Of a stretch of 64,000 nt of DNA, positions 39,616 to 47,658 are shown in pieces. Below the pieces are notes generated by a model. It was not told the DNA's origin. It made no database searches and saw only the letters and a program-made list of their open reading frames with translations. This DNA is from a virus. The stretch spans positions 32,001-96,000 of the IMG/VR virus record IMGVR_UViG_3300020048_000015, one strand, 5' to 3'. Within the stretch, counting starts at the first letter, position 1; every line of letters starts with the position of its first letter. The translations under genes were made by a program, and so were the position numbers.

Positions 39616-40263
39616 ATGAAATACTTAAAATTATTTGAAAACTTCAATCAATCAGAAATTGATGAAATTTGTAGAAAATATAACATAAAAAACTATACTA
39701 TAAATCCAGATGGTTCTATTGATGTTGATGGGAATGTTTGGTTATCCGATATAAGTTTAACTGAATTACCATTAAAATTTAATAAAGTTTATGGAAGTTT
39801 TGATTGTTCTTGGAATAAATTGACTAATCTAGAAGGATGTCCTAATTATGTTGGTGATAATTTTTCTTGTGTAGCTAATAAATTAACCAGTTTAATAGGA
39901 TGTCCGAATTATGTTGGTGGGAATTTTCATTGTAATGGTAATAAATTGACAAGTTTAGAAGGTTGCCCAGATGAAGTTCGTGGTAATTTTCGTTGTGGTG
40001 CAAACAAATTAACTTCATTAGAAGGTCCTAAAGAAATAGGTGGTGAATTTACTTGTAATAGCAATCCTATAAACTTTATAACAAGATTATTTGGTGATGT
40101 TAAGATTTATTTAGAATATCAAGAAACATATAATTTTTTAAGAAAGGACAATAAAATAGTTAGACACTTATTAGAAGAAGCTTTAAAAGATTATAATGAA
40201 TATTATAAAAAATATGTATCAATTCCAACAATCTATAAAATAAAAGGATATACTTATATATGA
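39616..40263 (+). CDS. Variable LRR-like family, 4 repeats
   Basis: Same caps and units. Confidence 0.85.
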   Translation: MKYLKLFENFNQSEIDEICRKYNIKNYTINPDGSIDVDGNVWLSDISLTELPLKFNKVYGSFDCSWNKLTNLEGCPNYVGDNFSCVANKLTSLIGCPNYVGGNFHCNGNKLTSLEGCPDEVRGNFRCGANKLTSLEGPKEIGGEFTCNSNPINFITRLFGDVKIYLEYQETYNFLRKDNKIVRHLLEEALKDYNEYYKKYVSIPTIYKIKGYTYI

Positions 40264-40964
40264 AATACTTAAAATTATTTGAAAACTTCAATAGATTAGA
40301 AATTGATGAAATTTGTAAAGAATATTGGATAGCCAATTATACTATAAATCCAGATGGTTCTATTGATGTTGATGGTGATGTTAATTTTTATAAATTAAAT
40401 TTAACAAAACTACCACTTAAATTTAATAAAGTTTCTGGTAGTTTTGATTGTGCAAAGAATCAATTAACTAATCTAGAAGGATGTCCAAAAGAAGTAGGTG
40501 GTTCTTTTGATTGTTCTTATAATAAATTAACATCATTAGAATGGTGTCCTAATCATGTAGATGGTAGTTTTTATTGTCATAATAATAATTTAACAAATTT
40601 AGAAGGCTGTCCAAATTATGTTGGTTGTGATTTTGATTGTGCTGGTAATCAATTAACCAATTTAATAGGTTGTCCTAATTCAGTTGGTGATTTAAATTGT
40701 TCTTGTAATAATTTAACCACTTTAGAAGGTTATCCAGAAGAAATTGATGGTGACATTTGGATTACCGATAATCCAATATATGATGTTGTATGTTTATTTA
40801 ATTGTATTGTTAGATATTTAGAATATCAAGAAACATATAATTTTATAAGAAAAGATGGTAAAATAGTTAGACACTTATTAGAAGAAGCTTTAAAAGATTT
40901 TAATGAATATTATGATAGATCAGTTGAACTACCAGAAAAAATACAAGGATATACCTACATATGA
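40260..40964 (+). CDS. Variable LRR-like family, 5 repeats
   Basis: Same caps and units. Confidence 0.85.
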   Translation: MKYLKLFENFNRLEIDEICKEYWIANYTINPDGSIDVDGDVNFYKLNLTKLPLKFNKVSGSFDCAKNQLTNLEGCPKEVGGSFDCSYNKLTSLEWCPNHVDGSFYCHNNNLTNLEGCPNYVGCDFDCAGNQLTNLIGCPNSVGDLNCSCNNLTTLEGYPEEIDGDIWITDNPIYDVVCLFNCIVRYLEYQETYNFIRKDGKIVRHLLEEALKDFNEYYDRSVELPEKIQGYTYI

Positions 40965-41371
40965 AATACTTAAAATTATTTGAAGATTATACAAATTTAT
41001 ATCAATCTGATATTATAAGAATACAATTAATTAATGATTTTTTAGAAAATTGTAAGGAAAATCCTGATTATAATATTGAATTACCTGATTATAATGACTT
41101 AATAGATGATTGGGATGGATATGATGACCAAACATATATACAAAATAATGGAAATGAATTTATATATTGGGAAGGTTGGGTAAGAGCTTGTTGGCAAGCA
41201 GCATATAAAAAACCGGAATATAAAGATTTGGGTAAAGATTTAATTATTGAAAAAATTATAAAAGAAAGATTCCCAAGAATAGCAGAAGAGGTAAATTATA
41301 AAATAAACAATTATGATTATTTCAGACATGATGGAATATATATAATGAAAATAACTTTTACTAAAACTTAA
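40961..41371 (+). CDS. Non-LRR protein with the family leader
   Basis: MKYLKLFEDY; coupled through the same junction. Confidence 0.7.
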   Translation: MKYLKLFEDYTNLYQSDIIRIQLINDFLENCKENPDYNIELPDYNDLIDDWDGYDDQTYIQNNGNEFIYWEGWVRACWQAAYKKPEYKDLGKDLIIEKIIKERFPRIAEEVNYKINNYDYFRHDGIYIMKITFTKT

Positions 41372-41414
41372 TCATTTTTAATCATACAATTATTATAAAA
41401 TTAAATGATTAAAA

Positions 41415-41828
41415 ATGATTAAAAACGGAAACACAGTTCTAGTTCATTATACTGGAAAACTAAAAGATGGTACTAAATTTGATTCATCAGAAGGAAGAGA
41501 ACCATTGGAATTTAAAATAGGTACAAACCAAGTAATACCAGGATTCGAAAATGGTTTAATCGGTAAATTTAAAGGTGATAAATTCACTATTAATATTCCT
41601 GTAAAAGAAGCATATGGTGAACATTTACCAGAATATGTCCTCCAAGTTCCAAATTCAAACCTACCTGAAAATGTCCAAGTAGGGCAGATGCTACAAGCAG
41701 ATAGCAATGGTCAAATAATAAATGTTCTTGTAAAAGAAATTTTAGATGAATATTCGGTTTTGGATGCAAATCATTCCCTTGCTGGAAAAGACTTAATTTT
41801 TGATATTGAAATAGTAGATTTCAATTAA
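41415..41828 (+). CDS. FKBP-type peptidyl-prolyl isomerase (SlyD/FkpB-like)
   Basis: VLVHYTGKLKDGTKFDSS, VIPGFE, AYGE, DANHSLAGKDLIFDIEI. Confidence 0.92.
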   Translation: MIKNGNTVLVHYTGKLKDGTKFDSSEGREPLEFKIGTNQVIPGFENGLIGKFKGDKFTINIPVKEAYGEHLPEYVLQVPNSNLPENVQVGQMLQADSNGQIINVLVKEILDEYSVLDANHSLAGKDLIFDIEIVDFN

Positions 41829-41838
41829 ATTTTTTTTT

Positions 41839-41866
41839 AAACCCACCAAAATTTGGTGGGTTTTTT
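41839..41866 (+). terminator. Intrinsic terminator
   Basis: aaacccaccaaa/tttggtgggttt then T-tract. Confidence 0.8.
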
Positions 41867-42037
41867 CAATATAATATTTATATAATATATCATGATCTTG
41901 CACTTTTTTAAAAATTAAACTTTATTAAAACAATATATCTAATGTACACAATAGCATATCATTTAATATTTCAGACTAAAATAAACAAATAAATTTTAAT
42001 CTTTATAATAGATATAAAAATATAAATAATCTATTAG

Positions 42038-42709
42038 ATGAATAATTGTTTAGTATGCAACAAAGAAACAATAAATAGTAAATATTGTTCATATATATGC
42101 AGTGGTAAATCAAAAGTTAGACAATATGAAACCATATGCCAAAAATGTAATGCTGTATTTTACCATAATAATAAATCTTATATTAGGCTTGGTAGATTAA
42201 AATATTGTTCACAAGAATGTAAAAATAGAAAATTTGATGTTGATAATCAATACTTTTCCAGTGATTTATCAGATGAAAAATTAATAACATTAGGACAGAT
42301 AATAGCCACATCAGAAATTATAAATCATAAAAGTTTTAAAATATTTTCTGATATTGAAACTTTAAATGATATTAATGATAAGTTAAAATCTAACTATCCA
42401 ATAGAAAAATCATCAAAAGGTAAATATAGAATTACTATAATGGATGATAAAATAGTAACAGATTTAATAAGACATGGTCTAACTGATGAATATATGAAAC
42501 AAGATGTTCCAAGAGATGACTTATGGGAAGGTTTAAAGAGAACCGACTTATATTCCGAAGAAGATGGGCTATGTCTGTTTAAAACAGAAGCATATAAGAT
42601 TGCCATGTGGGTAAAGAATAAGTTTGATGGTGAAATAGTATCTAAAACATTTAAAGATGTTGCTAAAGGTGCTTTATGTATTGAATATTTAGTAATATTT
42701 AAAAAATAA
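42038..42709 (+). CDS. Zinc-finger protein with a degenerate LAGLIDADG-like domain
   Basis: CxxC...YCSxxC twice; F..D..YF...LGQIIATS..Y.I.I..D.I..DL..HG. Confidence 0.5.
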   Translation: MNNCLVCNKETINSKYCSYICSGKSKVRQYETICQKCNAVFYHNNKSYIRLGRLKYCSQECKNRKFDVDNQYFSSDLSDEKLITLGQIIATSEIINHKSFKIFSDIETLNDINDKLKSNYPIEKSSKGKYRITIMDDKIVTDLIRHGLTDEYMKQDVPRDDLWEGLKRTDLYSEEDGLCLFKTEAYKIAMWVKNKFDGEIVSKTFKDVAKGALCIEYLVIFKK

Positions 42710-42734
42710 ATTTTTTTATATTGAAAATGTTTAC

Positions 42735-42742
42735 TATCTTTG
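42735..42742 (+). promoter_or_regulatory. Bacteroidota -7 promoter element
   Basis: TATCTTTG about 25 nt upstream of 42766. Confidence 0.45.
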
Positions 42743-42765
42743 TTAAACATTAAACATACAAATAT

Positions 42766-43176
42766 ATGGAAATTTTAGCTAAAAAATTCAACTCGTCCAG
42801 ACAATTAACAACTTATATAACTAAAACGCTTAAAGATAATGGATTTAAAAGATTTGAAAAGATCCAAAGTGAAAATTCAGCAATGATTTATCTTTCAGAA
42901 AAAGAATATGTATTTGGAACAAGTTATATTATTGTTGGTGGACTTAACTCTATTTTGGAAGCCAAACAAATAAAAGAAAATCTTGATAATTTTTTTGAAT
43001 TTATATTTGGTGACAACAATAAGTGTGTATCAAATATTAGAGAAACCTTTATTGATGGTAAACAAGTATATACAAATATGCATAAAAACTTATTAAGTGA
43101 AGAAACTTTGGGAACAGTTAGATTTGATTTAGTAATTTACAAAAATGTATGGAAATATTGGAACTTTCTAAAATAA
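42766..43176 (+). CDS. Hypothetical protein
   Basis: ORF. Confidence 0.6.
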   Translation: MEILAKKFNSSRQLTTYITKTLKDNGFKRFEKIQSENSAMIYLSEKEYVFGTSYIIVGGLNSILEAKQIKENLDNFFEFIFGDNNKCVSNIRETFIDGKQVYTNMHKNLLSEETLGTVRFDLVIYKNVWKYWNFLK

Positions 43177-43189
43177 ATCTTATAAAAAG

Positions 43190-43408
43190 ATGAATACAGT
43201 AGCAATAAACAAATGGTGGGATAACTTAACCCATAAAGAAAAAGAAAGTTATATAGATAATGCTATACATTATCATTGGGGAAAACCTATAAGTATTGCA
43301 GCTATTACAAAATATCAAAAAGCAGAAATTTATAGACAAGTTCATGATTTAGATTATTTAAAAAAATTAAAAGATTATGTTTTGAACTTTTCAAACTACT
43401 ATTTATAG
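43190..43408 (+). CDS. Hypothetical protein
   Basis: ORF. Confidence 0.55.
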   Translation: MNTVAINKWWDNLTHKEKESYIDNAIHYHWGKPISIAAITKYQKAEIYRQVHDLDYLKKLKDYVLNFSNYYL

Positions 43409-43452
43409 ATAACACACACAAAATATTTCTTAAACCAAAAAATTTATTTGAT

Positions 43453-43617
43453 ATGAAATGGAACGAATTTTGTAATTTAAATTCTAACAAGATAAAAATG
43501 TTTATAATTATGACAAACAAAGAATTTACAGATTCTTTTGTAAAATGGAATTATAAATTTGAAAAACAAATACCAAACCAAGTTTCCGATACAGAAATTA
43601 TTTCATCAAAAAGATAA
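43453..43617 (+). CDS. 54-aa ORF or gene remnant ending in the direct repeat
   Basis: MKWNEFCNL...VSDTEIISSKR. Confidence 0.35.
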   Translation: MKWNEFCNLNSNKIKMFIIMTNKEFTDSFVKWNYKFEKQIPNQVSDTEIISSKR

Positions 43618-43620
43618 AAT
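43583..43620 (+). repeat. 38-bp direct repeat, left copy
   Basis: Matches 46388-46425 with 2 mismatches. Confidence 0.85.
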
Positions 43621-43673
43621 AAAAGGAATATATTTTTTATATATAGTATATAAAAAATATATTCCTTTATTTT

Positions 43674-43949
43674 ATGACAGGTAAATCAATTGATGATATT
43701 TTGAGTAAACAAGCAGCTCAACGACAAGCTCAAATTCAACAGCAACAAGCTCAAGAAAGATTTTTAAATGAACAAAAAGAAGTACAAAGGCAGGAATATC
43801 TTCTGAAAATGAAGATGTATGAAAAGGTTAGTAACTTTAATCCTGCTGCGGCTGCTGCGGCTGCTGGTGCTGCTGGTGGTAGAGTTATTCAAGATAATGA
43901 TGAAAATCAGTATGTAGTAAACGACTATGTTGATGATCACTTTGAATAA
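43674..43949 (+). CDS. Gln/Ala-rich small protein
   Basis: QAQIQQQQAQ, poly-Ala from GCT/GCG runs, C-terminal YVVNDYVDDHFE. Confidence 0.65.
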   Translation: MTGKSIDDILSKQAAQRQAQIQQQQAQERFLNEQKEVQRQEYLLKMKMYEKVSNFNPAAAAAAAGAAGGRVIQDNDENQYVVNDYVDDHFE

Positions 43950-43950
43950 A

Positions 43951-44023
43951 AAATAACACTAAAAAATACCACTAATTACAAGACAAGGAAAAGGAAGTAA
44001 ACTCACCATTCAAGAAATGGATG
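43951..44023 (+). pseudogene. Truncated duplicate of the 5' end of 44069..46111
   Basis: Near-identical to 44055-44126; ATG replaced by ATA. Confidence 0.75.
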
Positions 44024-44068
44024 TAAAGTAATCACATTTGGATAATAAAAAATAAAATAACACTAAAA

Positions 44069-46111
44069 ATGCCACTAATTTTAAGACAAACCAAAGGTAG
44101 TAAACTCACCATTCAAGAAATGGATGATAATTTATTGTATGTTAATAACCTTACTGAAGTTACCCATGCTGAACTTGTTAATTTAATTGACACAAACGAT
44201 TTAGTTCCTGGACAACACTATTTAATAACAGATTTTCAAACTTGTTATGACCGACCTGACTACGACCAAAACAAAGGTGCTATTGTGGTTTCGAATGCTT
44301 CGTATTTTCAAGGTACAGTCGAACCAATCGTGGTTCTGGCAACATCAACCAATACTTTGGCAATTGATGCTTATCAACCAGCTTATCCAAATGATAAAAT
44401 CAAGTATGATGTTACTTATAGCTCAACCGAATCTGCTGAGCTTGCATTTGGTAGAATTACTGAAAGAGTTGATAACTATAACAACCGAACAGATTACGAC
44501 CACAGAACTATTGAATTTAAAAGATATAGATTCTATTACTTCAGTAGAGAAACACCTCAAACGGGTACAATGGAATTATTAAATGATGGAACTGTAAATG
44601 GAGCAGGTACAACATTCACAAATTATTCAGTAGGACAGGTTATTGCTTATCCTAATTCAGTTGAAGGATTTTTTAGAATTGAGTTAATAGACTCAGATAC
44701 CCTGATGACTGTAAGCGGATTATCTATTAATTCCTTTGGTGGAAGCGGTGAATTTTATATTGCTAATTCAGGAAATTACGATAGTTACCATAGAAGTAAT
44801 GTTGATGACCCAACAGATTTTAATTTGTACACCACATTCGGTGATGCAATTGATGAAAGTAGAGCAATAAATAATTATATCGGAGATTACTGTAATTTAC
44901 ACATTGAAGATAGTGAAGGCGATTTTCTTCTTGCAAATAATGTTTTCAAAATTGGGGAATATAATAACAATACCATTGGAAATGGATCTTATAACAATAC
45001 TTTTAATGACGATTGTAACAATAACCGAATAGGAAATTATTGTTATAACAATATTATTAATAGTAGTTTTTATAGAAATCAAATAGGAAATGACTTCAAT
45101 AACAATTGGTTGGATAGCGATTGGGGTTTTGATTTTCAAAATAATCAAATAGGTAATCAATTTAATAATAATCTAATATACCGTGAATTCCAAGGTAATG
45201 ATGTCGGTAATGGATTTAATCAAAATGTAATTTATCAAGATTTTTATGATAATAGAATAAAAGATTATTTTAATAATAACACAATTGGTGACTTTGAAGA
45301 CATTGGCGCAGGAAATTTTGAAGATAACGTAATTGGAAATAATTTTAAAGGTAATTCAACATTAGGACAATTTACACATAATCAAATAGGAAATGATTTT
45401 TATTCTAATGGAACTGGAGATAGTTTTACTTATAATGTTATTGGAAATAATACTTTTTCTAATAACATAGGAGAAAACTTTGGTTATAATCAAATTGCTA
45501 ATATATTTAATAATAATACAGTTGCGAGTAATTTTGGTTACAGTGGAGCAAGCGGAAAAGGCAATAAGATTGGAAATAATTTCCAAGGTAATACCATAGG
45601 CGAAGACTTCTATTCTAATGTTATTTGTGATAGTTTTATAAATAATACGATAGGTTTTGAATTCCAAAATAATGATATTAAAGTTTCTGTTAGCGGTAAC
45701 GATTTTAGAAGCCAACAAGGTGGATTACTTAGTATTGTTGAAGATAATTTTCCAACCCCAGGTAGTGCAGATGATACATACGTAGGAAGTCAAAAAAGTA
45801 CCTCAGGGATTGGTCAAAATTGCACCATTGCCGTTACTGTTTCTCGTGGTAATGTAGTAAGTGCATCTATTAACGATGCTGGTTATGGTTATGTCATCGG
45901 TGATACAATCACTATTAGTGGTGCTCTTTTTGGAGGAAAAGATGGTGATGATTTAGTAGTCTCAGTTAATGGCAAGGCGGCTACAACGACAACTTTTGTA
46001 ACTGACCCAACTTCTTGTACAATTTTCAACGATTCAACAGGTAGTACAAAATTGATGTATATTGATGGAAAAGGTACTTTAAATGTAGTAAATGTAACAT
46101 CCCAATCATAA
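44069..46111 (+). CDS. Putative virion/tail-fibre-like protein with Asn-rich beta-helix repeats
   Basis: N-terminal LRQTKGSKLTIQEMDDNL; many N.IG..F..N units; C-terminal GYVIGDTITISG. Confidence 0.6.
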   Translation: MPLILRQTKGSKLTIQEMDDNLLYVNNLTEVTHAELVNLIDTNDLVPGQHYLITDFQTCYDRPDYDQNKGAIVVSNASYFQGTVEPIVVLATSTNTLAIDAYQPAYPNDKIKYDVTYSSTESAELAFGRITERVDNYNNRTDYDHRTIEFKRYRFYYFSRETPQTGTMELLNDGTVNGAGTTFTNYSVGQVIAYPNSVEGFFRIELIDSDTLMTVSGLSINSFGGSGEFYIANSGNYDSYHRSNVDDPTDFNLYTTFGDAIDESRAINNYIGDYCNLHIEDSEGDFLLANNVFKIGEYNNNTIGNGSYNNTFNDDCNNNRIGNYCYNNIINSSFYRNQIGNDFNNNWLDSDWGFDFQNNQIGNQFNNNLIYREFQGNDVGNGFNQNVIYQDFYDNRIKDYFNNNTIGDFEDIGAGNFEDNVIGNNFKGNSTLGQFTHNQIGNDFYSNGTGDSFTYNVIGNNTFSNNIGENFGYNQIANIFNNNTVASNFGYSGASGKGNKIGNNFQGNTIGEDFYSNVICDSFINNTIGFEFQNNDIKVSVSGNDFRSQQGGLLSIVEDNFPTPGSADDTYVGSQKSTSGIGQNCTIAVTVSRGNVVSASINDAGYGYVIGDTITISGALFGGKDGDDLVVSVNGKAATTTTFVTDPTSCTIFNDSTGSTKLMYIDGKGTLNVVNVTSQS

Positions 46112-46130
46112 AAATAAAAACTAAATAATT

Positions 46131-46376
46131 ATGAGAATATGTATTTTATGCGATGCTTCTAATTTAGAAGCTGCAAGACAAAAAGAAGGTAACAATAAAA
46201 TTTTGACAATTCAATTGTCACCATCAGGCGAAAAACCTGCTACACATTATTTTTGTACAATGGTTGTAGACCAAAAGAAAGCTGATAAACTTATGGCAAA
46301 AAAAGAATTTACTATAATGGAAATTGCTGAACCTAAAGATTTTCTTGAAAGTTGTGGTTTAAAGATGATTAAATAA
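46131..46376 (+). CDS. Hypothetical protein
   Basis: ORF inside the repeat-flanked block. Confidence 0.65.
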   Translation: MRICILCDASNLEAARQKEGNNKILTIQLSPSGEKPATHYFCTMVVDQKKADKLMAKKEFTIMEIAEPKDFLESCGLKMIK

Positions 46377-46387
46377 AAATGCTTAAA

Positions 46388-46425
46388 TTTCCGATAGAAA
46401 AATTATTTCATCAAAAAGATAAAAT
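46388..46425 (+). repeat. 38-bp direct repeat, right copy
   Basis: Matches 43583-43620. Confidence 0.85.
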
Positions 46426-46427
46426 AA

Positions 46428-46462
46428 TTTGAACTTTTTGACCTTTCGTTTCGTTATATATA
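46428..46462 (+). promoter_or_regulatory. Candidate promoter GAACTTT-N15-GTTATA
   Basis: GAACTTT 46431-46437, GTTATATATA 46453-46462. Confidence 0.6.
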
Positions 46463-46491
46463 CTGAACACACACAAAAATAATAAACTACT

Positions 46492-46749
46492 ATGATAATC
46501 TCTGTATATAATATCAAAAGATCCGGCAAATCAATTTATGTTGAATTTACTGCTAATGAAAAAGATTTTTCTATTCTTGAATCTGGTTATGCTAAAGGCA
46601 AATATGTCTTAGCTGGTGATATTCAATGGGATAAAGATGAGTTTTCTGATGAAGAAAATGAAGTAATTCAATCTTTTCTTGACGAACAAGAAAACAACGA
46701 AGATGTAACAGAATCCCTTTGCGAAACTGCAAAATTTCTTGCTAAATAG
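46492..46749 (+). CDS. Small acidic protein, paralog of 6057..6338
   Basis: Shared motif and same promoter class. Confidence 0.7.
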   Translation: MIISVYNIKRSGKSIYVEFTANEKDFSILESGYAKGKYVLAGDIQWDKDEFSDEENEVIQSFLDEQENNEDVTESLCETAKFLAK

Positions 46750-47034
46750 TTTAATGTTAAATAAACACCATACTAAAATAGTAAAATTAATATCAAATTC
46801 CTATAAGATAGAAGATAGAATTTATATAGTTCAAAAGTATGTAGATAGGTTTAATAAATCATCAGAAAATAACTATATGTCATTTTATAACAATTAAGAA
46901 TATATAGAACAGATTGTGGTTATAAGATTAAATCAGAAAGTTTTGATTTAAGTCAATATGTTGATATACAATTTATAAGAAATATTTTATTAGATATTTT
47001 ATTAGATTAAAAATAAAAAAATAATTTAAACATA

Positions 47035-47154
47035 ATGAAAAAAATTAAAAGTAAAGCATTGCCAATAATTTGCACTTGCATAAAATGCCAACCAATGAGT
47101 TTTGATGAACAGTTGGAAAAGCCAGGAACAGTTTGTGTTATTAACAAAGGTTAA
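47035..47154 (+). CDS. 39-aa Cys-rich ORF absent from the track
   Basis: MKKIKSKALPIICTCIKCQPMSF...VCVINKG. Confidence 0.45.
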   Translation: MKKIKSKALPIICTCIKCQPMSFDEQLEKPGTVCVINKG

Positions 47155-47218
47155 TACTAACTGCAATAAAATCATTTTTCGTAAATTATATATAATTATA
47201 TATAAAAAAAAAATAAAT

Positions 47219-47593
47219 ATGATAAACTTAAAAACTTTTGAAAACTTTGGTTCTAATCAAGATCCAAAATTAGTAAGCGCAATTAAAAGAATTTGCACAA
47301 TGTATAAATCAGAATGCCAAGGTAGTTCTGAACATCCTTGTGAATACTTTGGGGATGGTTCTTATCTTAAAGAATTATCAAAAACTTGTAGTGACGAAAG
47401 TATTTCTGATATTTTAAATAGAATGGCTGATTATTCACGATATGATGATGAAGGTAGTTCAGAAGCTATTTTTGATTATATCAATGATGATGATTGTGAT
47501 TATATTGCTAAATTTCTAAACCTACCTGCTTTGGATTATGAAGGAGAATGGACTGATGATGAAGAAGATAATTGGTCACAAAGTATGTGGTAG
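47219..47593 (+). CDS. Acidic protein with leader
   Basis: Start MINLKTFENF preferred over 47102. Confidence 0.7.
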   Translation: MINLKTFENFGSNQDPKLVSAIKRICTMYKSECQGSSEHPCEYFGDGSYLKELSKTCSDESISDILNRMADYSRYDDEGSSEAIFDYINDDDCDYIAKFLNLPALDYEGEWTDDEEDNWSQSMW

Positions 47594-47616
47594 TAATAAA
47601 TTTAGAAAGTGTCCTT

Positions 47617-47658
47617 AAAAATAAATCTGTAAATTTAAAAATTTACAGATTTATTTTT
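47617..47658. terminator. Bidirectional intrinsic terminator
   Basis: aaaaataaatctgtaaat/atttacagatttattttt. Confidence 0.75.

Noticed and set aside
43845-43880. GCT/GCG trinucleotide run as a phase-variation switch
   Set aside because: The unit is 3 bp and in frame, so slippage only changes poly-Ala length.
46790-47010. Intact gene downstream of 46749
   Set aside because: No clean start and a frame break. At most a remnant ending in the C-terminal tag.
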